A stretch of 64,000 nucleotides of DNA from Octopus vulgaris (taxonomy: Eukaryota). The stretch covers positions 21,948,001 to 22,012,000 of the forward strand of contig OX597821.1 of assembly GCA_951406725.2 (NCBI GenBank), written 5' to 3'. Positions 56,426-64,000 of this stretch are shown in pieces. Both the position numbers and the translations under genes were made by a program. The notes under the pieces were generated by a model that saw only the letters and a list, made by a program, of their open reading frames with translations, was not told the DNA's origin and ran no database searches. Position 1 is the first letter of the stretch. Every line of letters starts with the position of its first letter.

Positions 56426-57824
56426 AAAAAATACCGATAAAAGTTACAGAAATAAAACAAAAAACAAACGGGGAGACGATTTGAAAAGATCCTGAATGAA
56501 TCCCTCAGTATCAATCCATATTCTTAGACAAAAATCTGATCTTTGTGTGTAGACAGCGATCAGATTTTTTCCCCGAATTATATTCAACTACTGGGCCTGG
56601 CGTAACTGCTATAAAATCTTTCCTAATGCAGTTTGACATTATTTCATAGGGAGAGGAGAAACTTCATCTTTTTATCTTTACCAGTCCCCTTGTGGGTATT
56701 TAGAGATCGAAGATGGGTTTGTTGGTAGTGTATAATTGGCCTTGCATTCTAACTTCAGTGTCTGCTGGTAACAGATGAATCATTATTTTATTGAATATCT
56801 TCGTATGTTCACATTGTGATTGTGCAGTCTTCTTCGCCCGACTGTTTCTATCATAATTTCATTTAGAACTAAGATACTTAATAGGAATATTATGTCGACC
56901 CTAGTATTTAACTGGTACTTTATTTTATTAACACCTGAATGATATAAAGCAATGTTGACCTGAATGGAATTTTCATGTTGAACGTGAAGATTTATATCTA
57001 AATACGGCAGAGGCTTTGACTGACGTTCGAACGATTATAACCATTCACGATTTACAAATATCAACGCTTCGTACATATATAGAATATTGAAAAACTAAAA
57101 GATGCTCACGCCGTTTTACATGGTATAAAATCATCTATACAGATGTTACATAACCATGAATATAATAAAGAAGAAAAGAGATAGTCCTTGATATGTCTTT
57201 ACAGCTGTTTCAAAATTTCGGCCACTGGTTGGTACAATATTGTCTATTATGCAAACAGTGACCGAATGACGCAACAAAACGTAACAAACAGGCAAAGATT
57301 GATGTCAACATATTAGTACAATACGTAAAGCAATCACCAGACATTTTCGCAACCTTTTCATCAGAAGGAAGATATGCAAAGACAAGCATTAATCCGGTGC
57401 TTATCTATTTGAAAACTTTATTAACGTCTTCTTACACACTGTATACGTGATTGTGTGTGCGCGCGCATGTGTCTAAGATACCTTACTGAACCAGAACAAC
57501 TCAGTAGCCTTATCCTTGGATAAACATTTGTGGTACTAAGAAGTGACTTGCATGGGCAGCTGAGGACTGTGCCTACACGTGCAAATGTATATATAACTGT
57601 GCGTACGTGTGTGTGTTTCTATATGCATGTGTATGTGTGTTTGTACGTGTGTTCAAGAGAGAGAAAGAGAGAGTGCGTACGTGCGCCTTTGAATTTGTGT
57701 CTCTTATTATTTGGTAAACGTGCGTTGGTTTGTTCACGTCCTCAAAGCATAACGGTTGAACACAAAGAAGCCAATAGGAAGAGCACAAGACATATAAAAG
57801 AAGCACTGGCGCTACCCCAAGTAT

Positions 57825-58006
57825 AGTCGGTAGCCACTACACACATTTTTTTCTCTCCTTGTTTTTTTTCTGTGTCCCTTTCTGTAGAAGAGCGTAGGCT
57901 CGAAACGTAAAAGACTTTTTCAATTCCTGAGCGTTATACTAATACATCTGTTTGTTTTGTACACCACCTGTCTTCGTCTTTTGTTTCTTTCATGAACTCT
58001 CCCCTA
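57825..58006 (+). mobile_element. P2 mini-element
   Basis: cttt-CTGTAGAA-gagc gtag gctc-GAAAC-GTA-aaag (57878-57913). Confidence 0.75.
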
Positions 58007-58058
58007 TATATATATGTGTGTGTGTGTGTATATATATGTATATATATATATATGTATT

Positions 58059-58104
<46 letters not shown>

Positions 58105-58129
58105 AGTATATATATATCTCCTTAAATCC

Positions 58130-58222
58130 TTAAAATCCTTCTGTCGGAGAGCGTAGGCTCGAAACGTAAAATACTTTCTCACTTCCCGAACGTTAAACTA
58201 ATACATCTGTTAGTTGTTTACA
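58130..58222 (+). mobile_element. P2 mini-element, partial tandem copy
   Basis: ctt-CTGTCGGA-gagcgtaggctc-GAAAC-GTA. Confidence 0.7.
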
Positions 58223-58225
58223 CGC

Positions 58226-58251
<26 letters not shown>

Positions 58252-58257
<6 letters not shown>

Positions 58258-58657
58258 TCATACGCTCAGCTTGTTGGGGACATATTGCTGAAGTGATCTC
58301 TTGTATGGCTAAATTCTGCAAAACATTTATTGGATCCTGCATGGTTTAAGATTGCTGTTGAGCCTCCTGGGGTGACTGGCCAGGAGCAAGGCTTTTTGGA
58401 GGTATGCCCTGGGGAGATATCCCTTGGTTTACTGCATCAGATGCAGCCTGTGTACGTTTCTTAGAAAGTTCAGACGCATGGATAATTATCCTGGATAAAT
58501 GGTCCAAATATTCCTCCTTAGTTTTGTACTTTTGATGTAAACGATTTTCCATTTTCACACTGGATTTAGGAATTTTGGTTCCAGATTGCTTCAAGGCATT
58601 TTCAATCTGTATGACAACGCTGTTACGAAATTCCATGGTTTTCCACTCATTCTACAT
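58252..58657 (-). pseudogene. MED15: Intronless, disabled copy of the Mediator subunit 15 N-terminus (KIX domain)
   Basis: M*NEWKTMEFRNSVVIQIENALKQSG..KSS..MEN....K.KTKEEYL..LSRIIIH...*TMQDPINVLQNL aligns by eye to MED15 W...FRQK.V.QIE.A...KSS.DME..V..KAKTRDEYL...RLIIH...DPMNALQ; in-frame stops at 58654-58652 and 58348-58346. Confidence 0.85.
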
Positions 58658-58724
58658 TTCTAACATAATGGAGATACCATAGAATATTCCTCTGTTGTGA
58701 CAACCACTCTGATCACGTGTCCTG

Positions 58725-58835
58725 GGACGTGGTTGTGTGATAAGGGCTTGCTTCCCGACCACATGATTCCGGATTCAGTCTCGAGCCGACCAAAGCCATG
58801 TAAGCGGATCCGGTAGACGGAAACTGAAAGCCCGT

Positions 58836-58892
<57 letters not shown>

Positions 58893-59185
58893 ACATGTAT
58901 ATATATATATATATGTATATGTGTATATATATATGTGTGTGTGTGTGTCTGTGTGTGTGTGCGTGTGTGTATGTGTGTCTGTGTTTGTTCCTTCCACCAT
59001 CGCTTGCCAACCGATGCTGGTGCATTCATGTCCGCGTAACTTAGCAGTTCGGTAAAAGATACTGATAGAATAAGTACTAGGCTTGCAAAGAATAAGTCTT
59101 AGGTTCGATTTGTTAGACTAAAGGCAGTGCTCCAGCATGACTGCAGTCAAATGACTGAAACAAATAAAAGTATAAAAGAAAAAAG
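58725..59185 (+). mobile_element. SINE family B
   Basis: Head, internal TA/TG array, tail gactgaaacaa. Confidence 0.85.
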
Positions 59186-59186
59186 A

Positions 59187-59222
<36 letters not shown>

Positions 59223-59409
59223 ATAAGCTGAAAAATATACGTCACTAAAGTGAACAAGGGCACTAATCAGCACCAGTATTGCTAGAAATAAGAGTCAAAA
59301 CGACTCTATCGTCGCAAAAGCACTTTCTTAATGAGCTAACAAGGGATACAAACTCCTCACGATCGCAAATATGTATGTGTTTATGCGCATATATATATAT
59401 ATATATATA

Positions 59410-60473
<1,064 letters not shown>

Positions 60474-60614
60474 CACACACCAGCGTTGTCCACCCATCCC
60501 ATTTTCTGCAGGTACTGTGATGGATGCGTATGTCATTGATGATGTTGTTAACGTAGGGAGATCGTACATTTGATGATTTTGTTATTATTACGGCTGTAAT
60601 ATTACTGTCTTTGT

Positions 60615-60800
60615 AAGTCGGTGTGCTGGCAGAATCGTTAACACGTTTGGCGAAATGCTTAGCGTCTCTTAGTTCAAATTCCGCCGAGGTCAACTTTGCC
60701 TTTCATACTTTCGGAACGATAAAGTAAGTACCAGTTGAGCGCCGAAGTCGATGTAATTAACTTTTCCCAATTCCGAAATTACTGATCTTGTACCAAAATC
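60615..60800 (+). mobile_element. SINE family A
   Basis: gctggcagaatcgttaacac...agttcaaattccgccgaggtcaactttgcctttca. Confidence 0.8.
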
Positions 60801-61122
60801 TTTGTTAATTCATTGACATAATCATATCAACTCTGGATCTGGGAGACTGTATCCAAATCCATCATATACAATGTATTTTGTCAATTTCTAAATATAAACA
60901 TAATAGAGTGTTATTTTTAGGGATAATATGACTGCTATTTCCAGCAGTTCTTGCAACCCCATGAATGCATTTTCGTTTGTTTCTACTCCTTGTTGGAGAT
61001 TCGGAGTTCTGTAACCTAAAGTTTGTATCGTGTGACACCTGTTGAGCAGCAAAAGATGAATCGATGGCGGCTGTCTGCAATGTCATTATGCTCGTTTCTG
61101 TGCCCCATACCAAAACCTTCCC

Positions 61123-61268
<146 letters not shown>

Positions 61269-61455
61269 TGGTTGCCTAATGGACCGCATATAGAGAGAAT
61301 CTGAATAGCGACAGTGATTCCTCCAGCGTATATATCTAAATATATAGTGTTGTTTGTGTATGTGTATGTGCGTGTGTTTACATATATAATAGCCAGTCAT
61401 TGTGTTACCTCGGACACGAGTGAACAGCTATTATCTGTATATATGAGTGTGTGTG

Positions 61456-61503
<48 letters not shown>

Positions 61504-61837
61504 TGTTTGTATGCCTGTATATATATGTATATATATATACATATGTATCCATACACACATATATATACATATATATATATACATACATACATATATACAT
61601 ACATACATATATATGCATACATAGTTATATATATATAATATATATACATATATATACATCTATGTATATATGCATACATACATACACACATATAAATGTA
61701 TATATGTGTGTGTATATATATGCACACACATATGTACTTATGTATATGCATATATATAAGTATATATGCGTACATATATAAATATATATATATATATGCA
61801 GACATACACACGTATATATGTGCATGCATATATATAC

Positions 61838-61889
<52 letters not shown>

Positions 61890-62699
61890 ACACATCCATA
61901 AACTCACATACATAGATGGTGGGATGAAAATAACAAACAACTAAACTACCAGCACTGACAACTACTTTATACCGAAGATAAGGCATTAATTATTTAAAAC
62001 ACAGTTTGTATCATAAATAACTAATATTTCAAAGAAAAGCCTTCAACACAAACACAATGACTGTTGTGTGTTAGTGAATACACGATTTTCTGCTTTATTT
62101 CCAATATCCTACAACTATATAGATTTCTTAATTCCACAGAGAAAATTAACCTACAAATTATTTATTACTTTGATGGGTATTTTCTTTTTTCTTTTCTTTT
62201 TGTTTATTCTTGTTTTACTTTTGGTTATTTCTTCTTTTTTTTTTTATTTTTTTTGTTTGTTTTTCTTTGAAACGCAGTGATGTATGGTTCGATTCGGTGA
62301 TGCGGATTCATCAAACGCAAATATTTTCATACTTGACTTTTGGGCAATATATAAACGCACCTATACATGCGTACATGCAATACCCACATATACAATACAT
62401 GCGCACGCATATGCGCATATACATGCACGCACACACACGTACACACGCACACATACATACGCACTCACATTTGATCACACACGTATGCACACACTCACGC
62501 ATACACACACACTTAAACTATAAGTGTGATGGTCTACTGGTCGATTGGTCTGAGAGTTAACGAGGGCTATATAAAGATTTGTTAAACCCCTAGCAAGCAA
62601 AAAAAACAAACGTAGAAAGGACACCCTAATCTTTGACATGATGCACATGCATAAACAGACATACATACATACACTCAGACATGCATACATGCATACATG

Positions 62700-63250
62700 G
62701 TGGCTGTCCCCTCGTTATCGAGTATGGCCATTGCACGAAACTTAATCAATGTTGTTATCGTGCAATGCCTGTGCAAGAAGATTTTTTTAAGTGGGGAAAG
62801 GCTGTGCACTGAATCAATCCCACTCACTAAGCAACAGCAGCCATAATCCGATAAGAAGAACAAGTCAACATCATCGATAACCACTGAGCCACAGGTTTTA
62901 TATAGGAGTTATCCCAGTTACCTGAGTTACCTTCTCCTAGAAGGATGCCCTAACAAAGGCTAGGAGACCTTCACTCCCAATGGTTTAACTGCGCGATCGG
63001 GTATTCAGTCCGGTTATTTCTATGTCCCCGCGCATGATCCAGCCTTAAGACATTTATTGGATGGCCGTGGACTCTCAAGAGTTCCTCCGCCCTTTGACGG
63101 GTTTTGTTTTTCATCCCGCAGGGTGTCCAATAAACACCCTCCTCACCAAGCAAGCTTGGTGGGGTTGCCGGTTTAGTCGCCGACGACGCGACAATGCAAC
63201 AGGTTGTACTGTGTTACATGTTACCAGTAGCACTCAAAAGTGATCTGACA
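62700..63250 (-). mobile_element. Probable non-autonomous RTE-derived element (UTR-like, no ORF)
   Basis: Minus-strand end atactcgataacgaggggacagcca resembles RTE 3' hairpin ends; balanced GC island between microsatellites. Confidence 0.4.
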
Positions 63251-63326
63251 CATACATACATACATACATACATACATACATACACATGCATACATACATA
63301 CAAACAAACATACATACATACATACA

Positions 63327-63362
<36 letters not shown>

Positions 63363-63399
63363 TATACATGCGTGTGTGCGTAGTATTTCCCATTGATAA

Positions 63400-63602
63400 C
63401 GGCTAAAGCGTTTGTTCCCACCACTGCTTGACAACCGGTGTCAGTTTGGTTACGACCAAATAAACCAGCGGTTTAGCAAAAGTGGGCTAGGAAATAAATA
63501 CCTGGCTTAGAGAAACCAAAATAAGCACTAGGGCCGACGAAAACCTTCAAGGGGTTACCCCGGCTTGACCGTGGTCCAATGACTGAAACAAGTATGAAAC
63601 AA
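63400..63602 (+). mobile_element. SINE family B, 3' half, degenerate
   Basis: ctgcttgacaaccggtg...tgactgaaacaagt. Confidence 0.7.
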
Positions 63603-63772
63603 GATACACATTTGAGTGTGTGCTTGTATGTATGTGCGGGCGTGCGTGTGTGTGCGTGTGTGCGTATGTGTGTGTCTTTTTGGTTGTCCTTCGTTTGACC
63701 ACTGATGTTTGTTTGTTTACGTTCTCGTTAGCTAGAGATTCAACATTCAGAAAATGTACTAGACTTAATAAA

Positions 63773-63985
63773 TACGTCCAAACGCTTCGATGCACTGCCC
63801 CAGCATGACTACAGTTGAAGGAGTTGAAAAAGATAAACGATAAAAGAAGGAAAAAATACATATATTTATTTATTTACTAATTCTCTGAAGCAACAGAGTG
63901 ACTCTAAGACAGAGAGTTTCGTGCGTTAGTATTTATAAAACTATGTATACCAACAAACCTGTGTGTGTTTGTGAGATTATATGTA
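63773..63985 (-). repeat. Inverted second copy of 41205-41414
   Basis: Near-identical reverse complement. Confidence 0.85.
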
Positions 63986-64000
63986 TATATATGTATGTAT

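Overview
Animal non-coding DNA that is extremely rich in microsatellites and transposable elements. It is most likely octopus or another coleoid cephalopod, inferred from the SINE families and the repeat landscape. No intact protein-coding gene is supported, and nearly all listed ORFs are translations of simple repeats. Recognisable content: RTE, Dong/R4, Tx1/L1-like and CR1-like LINE fragments; two Penelope-like element (PLE) GIY-YIG remnants; a Chapaev3-like DNA transposon; two non-autonomous Helitrons; three tRNA-head SINE families; and an intronless, disabled MED15 KIX-domain retrocopy. The most notable signal is more than 20 type I hammerhead-ribozyme-like motifs or half-motifs, several with non-canonical cores (extra A after A9, U3-A8, C4, U6). 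They sit in short non-coding PLE-type tails that mostly end in (TA)n arrays. Four of these insertions are head-to-head palindromes with a hammerhead motif in each arm. All calls are by eye; coordinates are approximate to a few tens of bp unless a motif is quoted.
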